From assembly GCF_001194135.2 (NCBI RefSeq), contig NC_069007.1, forward strand, positions 14,657,162 to 14,690,022: a stretch of DNA of 32,861 nt. The letters run 5' to 3'. Position 1 is the first letter of the stretch, and the number at the start of each line of letters is the position of its first letter. The notes beneath the pieces are model-generated. The model did no database searches and was not told where the DNA came from. It saw only the letters and a list, made by a program, of their open reading frames with translations. This DNA is from Octopus bimaculoides. Taxonomy: Eukaryota. The translations under genes and the position numbers were made by a program. Below are positions 22,190 to 32,861 of the stretch, one piece after another.

Positions 22190-23430
22190 CGTGATGTTGA
22201 TGCTGATATTGTTTGATATTGATGATGACACTGATGTTGCTGCTGCTGCTACTGATGCTGATGCTGATGTTATGTTGGTAGTGGTGAAGCATGTACTAGA
22301 ATTGGTTGCACCTAGTATTACTGTTATTATTGTTGTCGTCGTGACTGGTAGTGGTGTTAGTGGTAGTAGTGGTGTTGGCGGTAGTGATGGTGTGTTGGTA
22401 GTGGTGGTGTTGGTGGTGGTAATGGTGGTACTGGTGATGGGGGTAATGCAGTTTGTCAAGTTAATGGAGATGATGGTGATCGTAAGTTCGAAACAGCGAA
22501 GCCTGTACTGCAGAGGATCGGTGTAGTGTTGGTGGTAGTGGTTGTAGCTGTGTATATAACATATAACGGTGGTGATAGTGGNNNNNNNNNNNNNNNNNNN
22601 NNNNNNNNNNNNNNNNNNNNNNNNGTGGTGGTGTTGGTGGTGGTAATGGTGGTACTGGTGATGGGGGTAATGCAGTTTGTCAAGTTAATGGAGATGATGG
22701 TGATCGTAAGTTCGAAACAGCGAAGCCTGTACTGCAGAGGATCGGTGTAGTGTTGGTGGTAGTGGTTGTAGCTGTGTATATAACATATAACGGTGGTGAT
22801 AGTGGTGGTGGTAGTCGTGTCCATGGTGTTGGTGGTCGTCGTGGTGGAAGTTGTGTTTATGATGACGGTGGTGGTGGTTGTAATTGATGGTTGATAGTTG
22901 TGGTGGTTTTTGTGGCAGTAGTAGTGGTGGTGGTAATAGTTTTAAACCTGGTGCCTGTGGTGGTTGTAGTGTCGACGGTGGTGGCGGCGGCGGCGGTACT
23001 GCCGGTAGTGGTTGTGGTGCAATTGTTGTTGATGTTATTGACGTTGCTACCGATGCCGGTGTCGATGGTGGTGCTGAATATCGTGACGTTGATGATAACA
23101 GGTGTGATGAATATGTTGTAGATGGTTGCTGTATAACGATGGCGATGGAGATAGTGCAGGTGGTAGTAGGGGAGATACACTTGCTTGTGATGGTAGTAGT
23201 GGTGATGGTACTTGAGTTATTGCTGTTCATAGTGATGGTAGTATAAGTAGTGATCATTGTACTGCAGAAGGTAGAGATAGGGTGATGGTGATTGAGATGG
23301 CGGTATTGGTACTTGAAGTAGAACTGGTGTGGTGAAAGCACTAATGCATGTGTTGGAGATGGTTGTGATGGTGGTGGTGGTGGTGGTATAGGTAGTGGTG
23401 GTGCTGCTGCTGGTAGCTGTGGTGAGGTGG
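21280..23430. repeat. Large degenerate (GAT)n/(GGT)n/(GTT)n low-complexity block
   Basis: Nearly pure GAT from 21620 to 21975, flanked by GGT/GTT/GTA-rich cryptic repeats. Confidence 0.95.
22401..22805 (+). repeat. Identical 181-bp direct repeat on both sides of a 43-N gap (probable assembly overlap)
   Basis: 22401-22581 and 22625-22805 read identically. Copy 1 ends exactly at the gap and copy 2 starts exactly after it. Confidence 0.85.
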
Positions 23431-24869
23431 TTAGATGAGACTGATACGATCGGGAAGAAAGAAAGCAATGTGAGTGCGTCGAAGTTTGCGTAAACACACA
23501 TACGTATGTATATANNNNNNNNNNNNNNNNNNNNNNNNNNNNNNNNNNNNNNNNNNNNNNNNNNNNNNNNNNNNNNNNNNNNNNNNNNNNNNNNNNNNNN
23601 NNNNNNNNNNNNNNNNNNNNNNNNNNNNNNNNNNNNNNNNNNNNNNNNNNNNNNNNNNNNNNNNNNNNNNNNNNNNNNNNNNNNNNNNNNNNNNNNNNNN
23701 NNNNNNNNNNNNNNNNNNNNNNNNNNNNNNNNNNNNNNNNNNNNNNNNNNNNNNNNNNNNNNNNNNNNNNNNNNNNNNNNNNNNNNNNNNNNNNNNNNNN
23801 NNNNNNNNNNNNNNNNNNNNNNNNNNNNNNNNNNNNNNNNNNNNNNNNNNNNNNNNNNNNNNNNNNNNNNNNNNNNNNNNNNNNNNNNNNNNNNNNNNNN
23901 NNNNNNNNNNNNNNNNNNNNNNNNNNNNNNNNNNNNNNNNNNNNNNNNNNNNNNNNNNNNNNNNNNNNNNNNNNNNNNNNNNNNNNNNNNNNNNNNNNNN
24001 NNNNNNNNNNNNNNNNNNNNNNNNNNNNNNNATATATATATATATATATATACTGTACCTAAACATGTGTTTATATAGAGTATATGTTTGTGTGATTAGA
24101 ATTATACTCCCCCCACACACAGACAATCATATACACACGCAAATACACAAACATATATGTATATATATACATACATGTACTAACAAAGTCGAAGATAGTG
24201 TCGTCTGGAGCAAATTAATCAATCGGAGCAATTTATATTTAAATCGTTTGGTGGGAAGAAGAGGAAAGGAAGAACGAGTACGCAAAAGAAAATATAAGAT
24301 GCACACACACACACACACAGACGCGCGCGCGCGCACACACACATACAAGCACGCACGCGCACAAGGCAAAGAAAAGCAGACGAAAACAATAAAACACACA
24401 CAAAACAGAAAGAAAGAACATTATGTTAGGAACCTACGACGAACGAACAAATAAATAAATAAGTACATACATAAAGAAAGACCAGAAAAATTTAAAAGAA
24501 AAATAGTAATAATAAATAGATAAATATATAACAAGCTAAAATAAGTAAAAAAAAAAAAAAAAAAAAAAGAAACTAACTAAATAAACAAACATTATAATCA
24601 ATGAGATTTTGCAGCCAGAATACTTTGAAAGTCAATAACAAAACTGTTAGAACATTGACAACATCAAGAAAAAAAAAAAGAAAAAAAAAAGAAAGAAAAA
24701 AGAAAAAAGAAAAAAAAGACAGATAAAAACTGGTTAAAGATAAATAAGATATAGAAATAAATAAGTGAATATAGAAAATAAGAAATAAGAAATAAATAAA
24801 AAAGAGAATGAGACCTGCAAGTGGTATAAATATAATTATAACTAATATGAACAGCAAATAGTAATAGTG

Positions 24870-24882
24870 GCGGTGGTGCTGA

Positions 24883-24930
<48 letters not shown>

Positions 24931-25145
24931 AAGTAGTAGTAGTAGTAGTAGTGGTAGTAGTAGTGGTAGTAGTGATAGTAGTATTGGTGTACTACTGAAT
25001 GAAATGGCAGAAATATTTACGATAAAGTTTAAGGAAGAAGAAGAAGAAGAAGAAGAAGAAGAAGAAGAAGAAGAAGAAGAAGAAGAAGAAGAAGAAGAAT
25101 AAAAGGAGAAGAAGAAGAAGGACGAGGAGGAAGAGGAGGAGGAGA
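24870..25145. repeat. (GTA)n followed by (GAA)n/(GAG)n microsatellites
   Basis: Direct inspection. Confidence 0.95.
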
Positions 25146-25149
25146 AGAA

Positions 25150-25487
25150 GCTCAAAAGGTCCCCGAATAAGGGTCGTCTAAGGATTTTGAACGAAGCACT
25201 CATGTTTCCCGAGGTATATTATTCAAACCGTTAAGAATTCCTCTCAACACATGACTGTGATGCTCCACCACTACTTCTGCTCATGATCAGAGATGCACAT
25301 ATCGTCAGCCACCAAGGGACATTCCTCAACTAGTTAAGATCAAGCAACTGACAAGCAAATCTGTGGCATTGAGCAGAATATATGCTGTAGCCCATCTTTT
25401 ATACCAAGACAAAACAATACACATGATAACACTTGCAAACAGTTAAGATCAGAAGCCATGAGAGCCACTGCATGGTGCTGCATCAAG

Positions 25488-25488
<1 letters not shown>
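25150..25488 (-). repeat. Unclassified interspersed repeat (recalled as a common octopus repeat)
   Basis: High-complexity 340-bp block between (GAA)n and (ATT)n arrays with no credible ORF. The family assignment rests on recollection only. Confidence 0.35.
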
Positions 25489-25554
<66 letters not shown>

Positions 25555-25594
25555 CATCATTATTATTATTATTATTATTATTATNNNNNNNNNN

Positions 25595-25709
25595 ACCATT
25601 TCGGGGTCGATAAATTAAGCACCAGTCGAGTACTGGTGTCGATGTGACCGACTTGTCCACTTCTCCCTCCACAAAATCCAGGCCTTGTGCCTACAGCAGA
25701 AACGTTTAT

Positions 25710-25710
<1 letters not shown>
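25595..25710 (+). mobile_element. SINE family A, 3' half followed by (AAT)/(ATT)n tail
   Basis: TTTCGGGGTCGATAAATTAAGCACCAGT...GTCGATGTGACCGACTT...GGCCTTGTGCCTACAGCAGAAAC. Confidence 0.8.
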
Positions 25711-25742
<32 letters not shown>

Positions 25743-25859
25743 TATTATTATTATTAGTTTATAGAGAGGACTGAAAACTCAGCAGAAATGTAATAATAGA
25801 TAAATGAGTTCTTAACTTTTAATTTCTTAATTTTTTAATGTGACAATAGTTAAGAACTC

Positions 25860-26120
<261 letters not shown>

Positions 26121-26122
26121 TT

Positions 26123-26153
<31 letters not shown>

Positions 26154-26535
26154 TGTAGTGGTGACGGTGGTGCTCGTGGTAGATGCATTGACAACATTGT
26201 CAATATAACCAGACTTCGGTGAAATACGAAGACATTTTGATGAAAAGTAGATAAAGGAGAATAAAAGAAATAAACACACACACACACACACACACACAAA
26301 AAAAATGAAAATCAACCATGGCAGAATAGAATATAATTTTTTTTAATATCTAAAAATCAACGAAAAATAAAATGGTAAAGGACTCGAAATAGCAACAACA
26401 ACAACAACAACAACAATAATAACAATGATAACAATAGTGGAATATTGAAAGTACACCAACGGCAACAAGAGTAACAACGATATTGTTCGCAATGGCAAGA
26501 ACAGCAAGAAAATTAGCAGCAGCGACAGCAAAACC

Positions 26536-26602
<67 letters not shown>

Positions 26603-26981
26603 CGTTTCTTTATTGGCTATAAGGGATGAACACAGAACAAATAGGCACCATACAAAACTAGGGATACGTGGGTTTTAACACAAAAATCGAATAAACGATA
26701 AAATAATAAGATGAAGAAATCTGAATTGACGTGAGAGCAGAAGAAGCCTCAAAAAACTGCTTTGCTGGGGACAGGTAGGGTTTTGAGATTGGTACTTGGG
26801 TGTTGAATGTCTTCCACGATAATTAACAGCCAGTTATAATTATCAAAGCTTATAATGTGTGGAAAGAGAGCCTGTGAGACATCTGATAACAGGCTACTGT
26901 CCGCTCTCACAACAACCAGAGTAAATAAGACCAAGCGCTTTGAGAAGTAAAATAATAATAATAATGGTAATAATAATAGTA

Positions 26982-27937
26982 ATGGTTTCAAATTTTGGGA
27001 CAATGCCAGCAATTTCTGGGGTAGGTGTCCGTCAGTTCCATCTACCTCTGTGCTCAACAGGTACTTATTTTATCGACTCCGAGAATGAAAGGCAATGTTG
27101 ATCTAGGCGGAAATGGTTTCAAATTTGGTTCGTGGCAAGCAATTTTGGATGAGGGGAAAATGGATTGTATCGACTAGTACTTCTTTTATCGACCCCGATA
27201 CGCCAGAATGTCAAGAACCGGAAAAATATCGCAAAGCATTTTGGGAGACACACTAACAAATCTGCTGGTCCAACACTATTTTCCTTTCATTTTTTGTCTT
27301 TCTCTTAGACACGCAAGGCCTGAAATGTGGTAGGGAGATGGGTAGTCGATTCTGACTGTCCAAGTGCTTGCCTGGTACCCATTTCATCAACTCTGGAGGG
27401 GTGACAGGCAAAGTGTACCCCGGCAGTATTTGAACATAGAACGTTAAGCCGGAAGAAATGCTGTTAGGTATTTTGTGCGGTTTGATAACGATTCTGTCAG
27501 CTCATCGCCATAGTTAATGGTGTCTGATTTAGACGCAAGGCCAACAATTTTGAAGCTATGTGTTTTAGACGACTACTCCTACCCCAGTATTTCACTGATA
27601 CCATTTCTTTATCTATCTTGAAGGGATAATGTGGTAAGTGTACCTCGACGGAATTTAAATCAGAACGTAATGCCGAAAAAATGCTGCTACGCATTTTGTC
27701 CGGCGTGCATAGTTAGTGGCGTCAGGTTTATCCAGAAGACCGACAATGTTGAAATGACACGTATATTACGCTACGACACACTTCTCCGTATTTCACTGGT
27801 ATTTGATTTTCTTGATCCCGGAGGAACAATAATCAAAATAAAACCATGATACGATTTGAAACCAAAGTCTAAGGAACCGGAATAAATGCTAAAAATCATT
27901 TTGTCCGACGCTCTAACTATTCTGCAAACCCACCGCC
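26982..27937 (-). mobile_element. Cluster of five head-to-tail SINE family A copies (about 26982-27110, 27111-27275, 27305-27509, 27528-27722, 27775-27937)
   Basis: Reverse-complement family A motifs recur: AATGGTTTCAAATTT twice, GCAAGGCC twice, TTTATCGAC, ATTTGAAC/ATTTAAATC...AGAACGT, and GCATTTTGTCCG. Heads end in GATTCTGTCAGCTCATCGCC (27509) and TATTCTGCAAACCCACCGCC (27937). Confidence 0.8.
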
Positions 27938-28284
27938 CTAGTCCACCACATTAATGGTAATATGAAATGAACACGATAAGCATCGCTTAGCTGACGCCAA
28001 GAGGTTGGTGAAATTTTCAATTTAAATTGTTTGTCCATTTAAAATGCTATCTTTAATATAAAATATATTCAGTTTAAACACAAAGAGTCTTTGATAGAAT
28101 TAGAAAATTATTAAACTTTACCACTATATTCATTTCAGAGAAATAGATGTTATATTAGGCGCTTATTAATTGGGTAAATTATTGTAATATAGTTTGTCTT
28201 TCTCAGCGGAGGCCTAATAAATAATCATTTAATATTGTTTAACTAAAAGTCTTTATTAAAAAATACTTTATTTCATGTAGACTC

Positions 28285-28355
28285 CGGCATGGCTTTGTGG
28301 TTAAGGTGTTCGTTCGACAACAACGAAGTTTCGAGATTAGTACGACTAAGTGATA
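28285..28355 (+). mobile_element. Degenerate tRNA-like SINE head fragment
   Basis: GGCATGGCTTTGTGGTTAAGGTGTTCG...CAACGAAGTTTCGAGATTAGT resembles the A-box/B-box head of the CORE-SINE copies in this window. Confidence 0.45.
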
Positions 28356-28629
28356 CTTCATGTTCTTTGTCTATCTTCTTAACTTCTTGGAAATTTTAGG
28401 TATAATTATACTAATGTGTCCATCTGTTCTAATTTAATTAAATTCTGTGTCTTTGTGCAGCTGAGGATTGATGTAATATTTTAAATTGATGTAATTGATT
28501 GTATTGTTCAGTTAAATGGAGTGGCATGAAACGATCGTACTGCATTACCTCTGGATATCCTTGTTGCTTATTTTGATTTTAATTACGTTGCTTTGAAATT
28601 GTATGGATAATACCGTACTAACTTCTGGT

Positions 28630-29075
28630 GCCTCGTGGCTGTGTCGTAAGTAGCTTGCTTACCAACCACATTATTGCGGGTTCAGTCCCACTGTGTGGCA
28701 CCTTGGGCAAGTGTCTTCTACTATAGCATCGAACCGTCCAAAGCCTTGTGAATGGATTTGGTAGACGGAAACTGAAATAAGCCCGTCGTATATATATATA
28801 TATATATATATATNNNNNNNNNNNNNNNNNNNNNNNNNNNNNNNNNNNNNNNNNNNNNNNNNNNNNNNNNNNNNNNNNNNNNNNNNNNNNNNNNNNNNNN
28901 NNNNNNNNNNNNNNNNNNNNNNNNNNNNNNNNNNGTATATAACCCTAACCCCCAACATCGCTTGACAATCGATACTGGTGTGTTTAGGTCCCCGTAACTT
29001 AGCGGTTCGGCAAAAGTGTCCGATAGAATAAGTACTAGGCTTACAAAGAATAAGCTCTGGGGTTTATATTGCTAC
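28630..29075 (+). mobile_element. tRNA-derived CORE-SINE with internal (TA)n microsatellite spanning a gap
   Basis: 28630-28790 aligns to 3464-3628 (same A box, B box GGTTCAGTCCC, CORE GGCACCTTGGGCAAGTGTCTT), followed by (TA)n and the gap 28814-28934. The sequence after the gap (CCCCAACATCGCTTGACAATCGA...GAATAAGTACTAGGCTTACAAAGAATAAG) matches my recollection of this family's 3' half. Confidence 0.82.
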
Positions 29076-29139
29076 GATGGCAAGAGCAAAAACCATTTGG
29101 AGTCCAGAGGTGGGGGTTGGGGAACAAAACGTGTCCCAA

Positions 29140-29565
29140 AGTCGTCGTCGTCATCGTCAGGATCATAACAATCCTCGAGGTGGTGGTCATCACGATCACG
29201 ATCATGACCATCGTTGTCTCCCTCCTCAAACAGCTCCTTCTCATCAGCGTCAGCTTCATCGTCGTCGTCATCATCATCGCCATGGTAATCGCTGTCGTCA
29301 TCGTCATCATCATCATTACCATCATCATCGTCATCATCATCATCATCACTATAATTATCATCATCATCGTCATCATCACGAGAATAAACATCGTCATCAT
29401 TATCATCATCCTCATCATCATAATCATCACCATCATCACCATAATAATCAACATCATCATCATCAACATCAACCTCCTCATGGACGGACTACAGAAAGGA
29501 CTACAGCATTTTCAACTATAGCATTTCGGATCCAACCAGTCTTCTCCACCGCCATCACCACCAAA

Positions 29566-29598
<33 letters not shown>

Positions 29599-29600
29599 GT
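29140..29600. repeat. Degenerate (CAT)n array followed by (TAC)n
   Basis: Direct inspection. It is the source of the His-rich, Ile-rich and Met-rich ORFs. Confidence 0.92.
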
Positions 29601-29890
29601 TTCGGGAGAGAATACGTGGTTTACGCCTGAACGGAACACGGCATTTCAAAAATGATTCCATTTCTTCAGAATTTCGCATCGTTGAATTCTTCAATCAGTT
29701 ATAACTGAACACATTCACCATTTTCACAGACGGAACTGAGAAAAGTGTGCAAAGCAATGTATGAGTGTGTGTGCGTGTGTGCGTGCGTGTGTGCGTCCGT
29801 AATATAAGTGTATACATACGTATATTCAGATATATTTACATAGACAGATATATAGATATATATATTTACACACACACAGACATACATACG

Positions 29891-29924
<34 letters not shown>

Positions 29925-31786
29925 CATACATACACAAACCGGTATTATATATACTTATATACTCGTATATAGCCGTATATATGTATATACGTACGATATA
30001 TATACACAGATTATATATGTACATATGTTTATATATCTATAGTCATATATGAATATGTATGTATAAACATATATACATATATATTGCATATATATTTTAC
30101 ACAAACGCACACACATACACACATGTATGTATATGTATACATGTGTATATAAAGAGAGAGAGAGAGAGAGAGAGTAAAAGAAAGGAAGAGAGAGAGAGAG
30201 AGTCGGGTGGGTGCATATTTCTGTACCCAACCAAGGTAAGTGGTTTACTGTGTCTTTAATTCACCTATTTCGTATTACACCAACATTTCTACATATACAT
30301 ACATGCATACATAAGTGCATAGATATATACATTGCATACATATATACATACAGATATACATACATTACTTATATGTATTTGCGTGCGTACATTCAACAAC
30401 TAATACTGAAGNNNNNNNNNNNNNNNNNNNNNNNNNNNNNNNNNNNNNNNNNNNNNNNNNNNNNNNNNNNNNNNNNNNNNNNNNNNNNNNNNNNNNNNNN
30501 NNNNNNNNNNNNNNNNNNNNNNNNNNNNNNNNNNNNNNNNNNNNNNNNNNNNNNNNNNNNNNNNNNNNNNNNNNNNNNNNNNNNNNNNNNNNNNNNNNNN
30601 NNNNNNNNNNNNNNNNNNNNNNNNNNNNNNNNNNNNNNNNNNNNNNNNNNNNNNNNNNNNNNNNNNNNNNNNNNNNNNNNNNNNNNNNNNNNNNNNNNNN
30701 NNNNNNNNNNNNNNNNNNNNNNNNNNNNNNNNNNNNNNNNNNNNNNNNNNNNNNNNNNNNNNNNNNNNNNNNNNNNNNNNNNNNNNNNNNNNNNNNNNNN
30801 NNNNNNNNNNNNNNNNNNNNNNNNNNNNNNNNNNNNNNNNNNNNNNNNNNNNNNNNNNNNNNNNNNNNNNNNNNNNNNNNNNNNNNNNNNNNNNNNNNNN
30901 NNNNNNNNNNNNNNNNNNNNNNNNNNNNNNNNNNNNNNNNNNNNNNNNNNNNNNNNNNNNNNNNNNNNNNNNNNNNNNNNNNNNNNNNNNNNNNNNNNNN
31001 NNNNNNNNNNNNNNNNNNNNNNNNNNNNNNNNNNNNNNNNNNNNNNNNNNNNNNNNNNNNNNNNNNNNNNNNNNNNNNNNNNNNNNNNNNNNNNNNNNNN
31101 NNNNNNNNNNNNNNNNNNNNNNNNNNNNNNNNNNNNNNNNNNNNNNNNNNNNNNNNNNNNNNNNNNNNNNNNNNNNNNNNNNNNNNNNNNNNNNNNNNNN
31201 NNNNNNNNNNNNNNNNNNNNNNNNNNNNNNNNNNNNNNNNNNNNNNNNNNNNNNNNNNNNNNNNNNNNNNNNNNNNNNNNNNNNNNNNNNNNNNNNNNNN
31301 NNNNNNNNNNNNNNNNNNNNNNNNNNNNNNNNNNNNNNNNNNNNNNNNNNNNNNNNNNNNNNNNNNNNNNNNNNNNNNNNNNNNNNNNNNNNNNNNNNNN
31401 NNNNNNNNNNATATATATATTGATTTATGCAATGAAGGCATTTTCTTTTATTCATGTTTCATTAAATACATGACGATAGTAATTTTTATTTTTTATTTTG
31501 CGATTTTTTCATAGTTTCTTATCAGCCGTTTGCAGTTGATTTGAAACAATAGAGTTCTTAAATCCATATCCGAAGTTTCCAGACGTTCTCCGTCACATTT
31601 TGAAGAATTGAATATATTTAGAGTCTGTATTGTTTCTTATATAAATATTAATTTCACGTAGACTTTCTGGCCAAATTTTAATTTGCCTCTGAAATTCATA
31701 TGTTTGCTGTCACATGTTCTTTAATTTCGCTTACCTCATATTCACGTACTGTCTTTGAATTTGCTTGTGAACCTTTTTTCCCAATA

Positions 31787-31996
31787 TATACTAGGTTTGC
31801 TGAAAAATCCTTGGTTTTAAGGATATCGCGAAAGGCCTGGCTTCTAGGCACATCCTTCCGTATTCTTTCACAGGACTTAGAGAAACGGATGGACCACTGC
31901 ATCCGAGTGGGGAATAGGTTAGATAAAATCATAATTAACTCATCCTTCTTATTTTCTTTTACCCAAAGCCAGGAACTTCTCAGTAACCCTTCGTAT
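31787..31996. mobile_element. Mariner-type MITE (about 205 bp) with degenerate TIRs and TA flanks
   Basis: Left end TATACTAGGTTTGCTGAAAAATCCTTGGTTTT versus reverse complement of the right end TATACGAAGGGTTACTGAGAAGTTCCTGGCTTT. Both ends sit in TA runs. TACGAGG-type termini are typical of mariner TIRs. Confidence 0.7.
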
Positions 31997-32474
31997 ATAT
32001 ACATATTTATATCTCTTATGCTTTATCAATGATTCCACTTTGGGTAGACTGATGGAAGTCTTCATTGACGTCGGTGCGATTTTTACTCATAATGTAGAGA
32101 ACTGCGATTAGGAACCGCAAAATATTTTGCTCAACCGGCTGACGATTCTCTGATAATTGCATTTCAAGTTTAATCCTTCTCTATTTCTGTTCATTTTATA
32201 TTCAACTTCGCAATCAGATTTCTATAAAATAAAACATTGTTTTTATCTACTTCGAGCTCACCATTAAAAATAATATTTCATGCCTCCGCGTTTCTAAGTA
32301 AACAAGCTTCTGAAATGGCTAAAGAAATGCGAAGGATTGCTTTGGTACAGTGGGACAATGCGTGTCAAGTTTCTACAGAAAATATGGTTCAAGTCGGACG
32401 AGCAGCTTTCTAATTATTCATTGTAAGAAGATTTTTTTAACCTAATATTTAATACACTAATTTTTACAAGCTTA

Positions 32475-32618
32475 AAGCTTATAGCGATCATCGTGTAATG
32501 ACTAAGGAAAATAATCTAATAAAGGGGCATATAAGCCCTCGACAGAAAAAAAGAGGGCTTATATGCCTTTTTATTAGAGCATTTTCTTTAGTCATTGCAC
32601 GGTGATCGCCATAACCTT
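32475..32618. repeat. Long inverted repeat / hairpin (66-bp arms, 12-nt loop)
   Basis: 32475-32540 versus reverse complement of 32553-32618 is 57/66 identical by manual alignment with no gaps. The loop is GACAGAAAAAAA. Confidence 0.92.
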
Positions 32619-32861
32619 ATATAAAAATACCAGTAATATATATATGCATATATATATATATTATATAAAAATACCACAAATATATATATGTATATATATA
32701 CATATATGTATAGGTATGTATACATATGTATATCAATTTAATGGTTAAACAATAAACAACATATTTGGTCATATAACTTCAAACTCTCTCGGTTTTTTCA
32801 TAAGAACTTCCTTTTGCAGCCTAGAACAAAATTTTAAATTGTGTATTTTGTGACTATATAT

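Noticed and set aside
21349-23501. Poly-Met, poly-Ile, poly-Ser, Thr-rich and stop-free poly-Asp frames as mucin or Aspein-like genes
   Set aside because: All are reading frames of (GAT)/(GGT)/(GTT) arrays, open on both strands simultaneously, with no splice or signal-peptide support.
24511-24570. AATAAA followed by an A22 run as a processed-pseudogene tail
   Set aside because: There is no upstream ORF or TSD, and the region is generally A-rich with further A tracts at 24668-24718.
28940-28952. Telomere-like TAACCCTAACCC
   Set aside because: Only two units, located inside a SINE next to a gap edge.
29077-29655. His-rich 192-aa ORF as a cephalopod histidine-rich beak protein or metal-binding protein
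   Set aside because: It is a degenerate (CAT)n array that is open in three frames (His, Ile, Met). There is no signal peptide or GHG-type repeat, and it starts at the end of a SINE.
31696-32032. ORFs of 102 aa (-) and 110 aa (+) with normal-looking composition
   Set aside because: About two thirds of each lies inside the mariner-type MITE (31787-31996), and there is no recognisable domain.

Overview
Gappy draft-assembly window of an animal genome. It has 13 N-gaps totalling about 5.7 kb (about 17%) and is saturated with microsatellites ((TA)n, (CA)n, (TATC)n, (TACA)n, (AAT)n, (GAT)n, (CAT)n, (GTA)n, (GAA)n). The SINE families and extreme SSR density suggest a coleoid cephalopod, probably Octopus; this is inference from recalled repeat families, not a database result. 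I cannot support any intact host protein-coding gene. Nearly all ORFs in the track are SSR translations or run through N-gaps. The only recognisable protein sequence is a dead C-terminal fragment of an Hsmar1/SETMAR-like mariner transposase (minus strand, about 4339-4605). Complex sequence is mostly mobile-element debris: about a dozen copies of one tRNA-derived SINE (five stacked head-to-tail at 27-28 kb), CORE-type SINEs, a composite SINE with a clean 12-bp TSD, a mariner-type MITE and an RTE-like 3' end. The most interesting signal is a 270-bp foldback element (16523-16792) whose two arms each encode a minimal type I hammerhead-ribozyme motif, one per strand, typical of Penelope-like pseudo-LTRs. 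Secondary signals are a 144-nt hairpin with G-U-biased arm differences (32475-32618) and a cryptic, diverged tandem duplication of about 285-300 bp that looks like decayed coding sequence (about 8130-8685).
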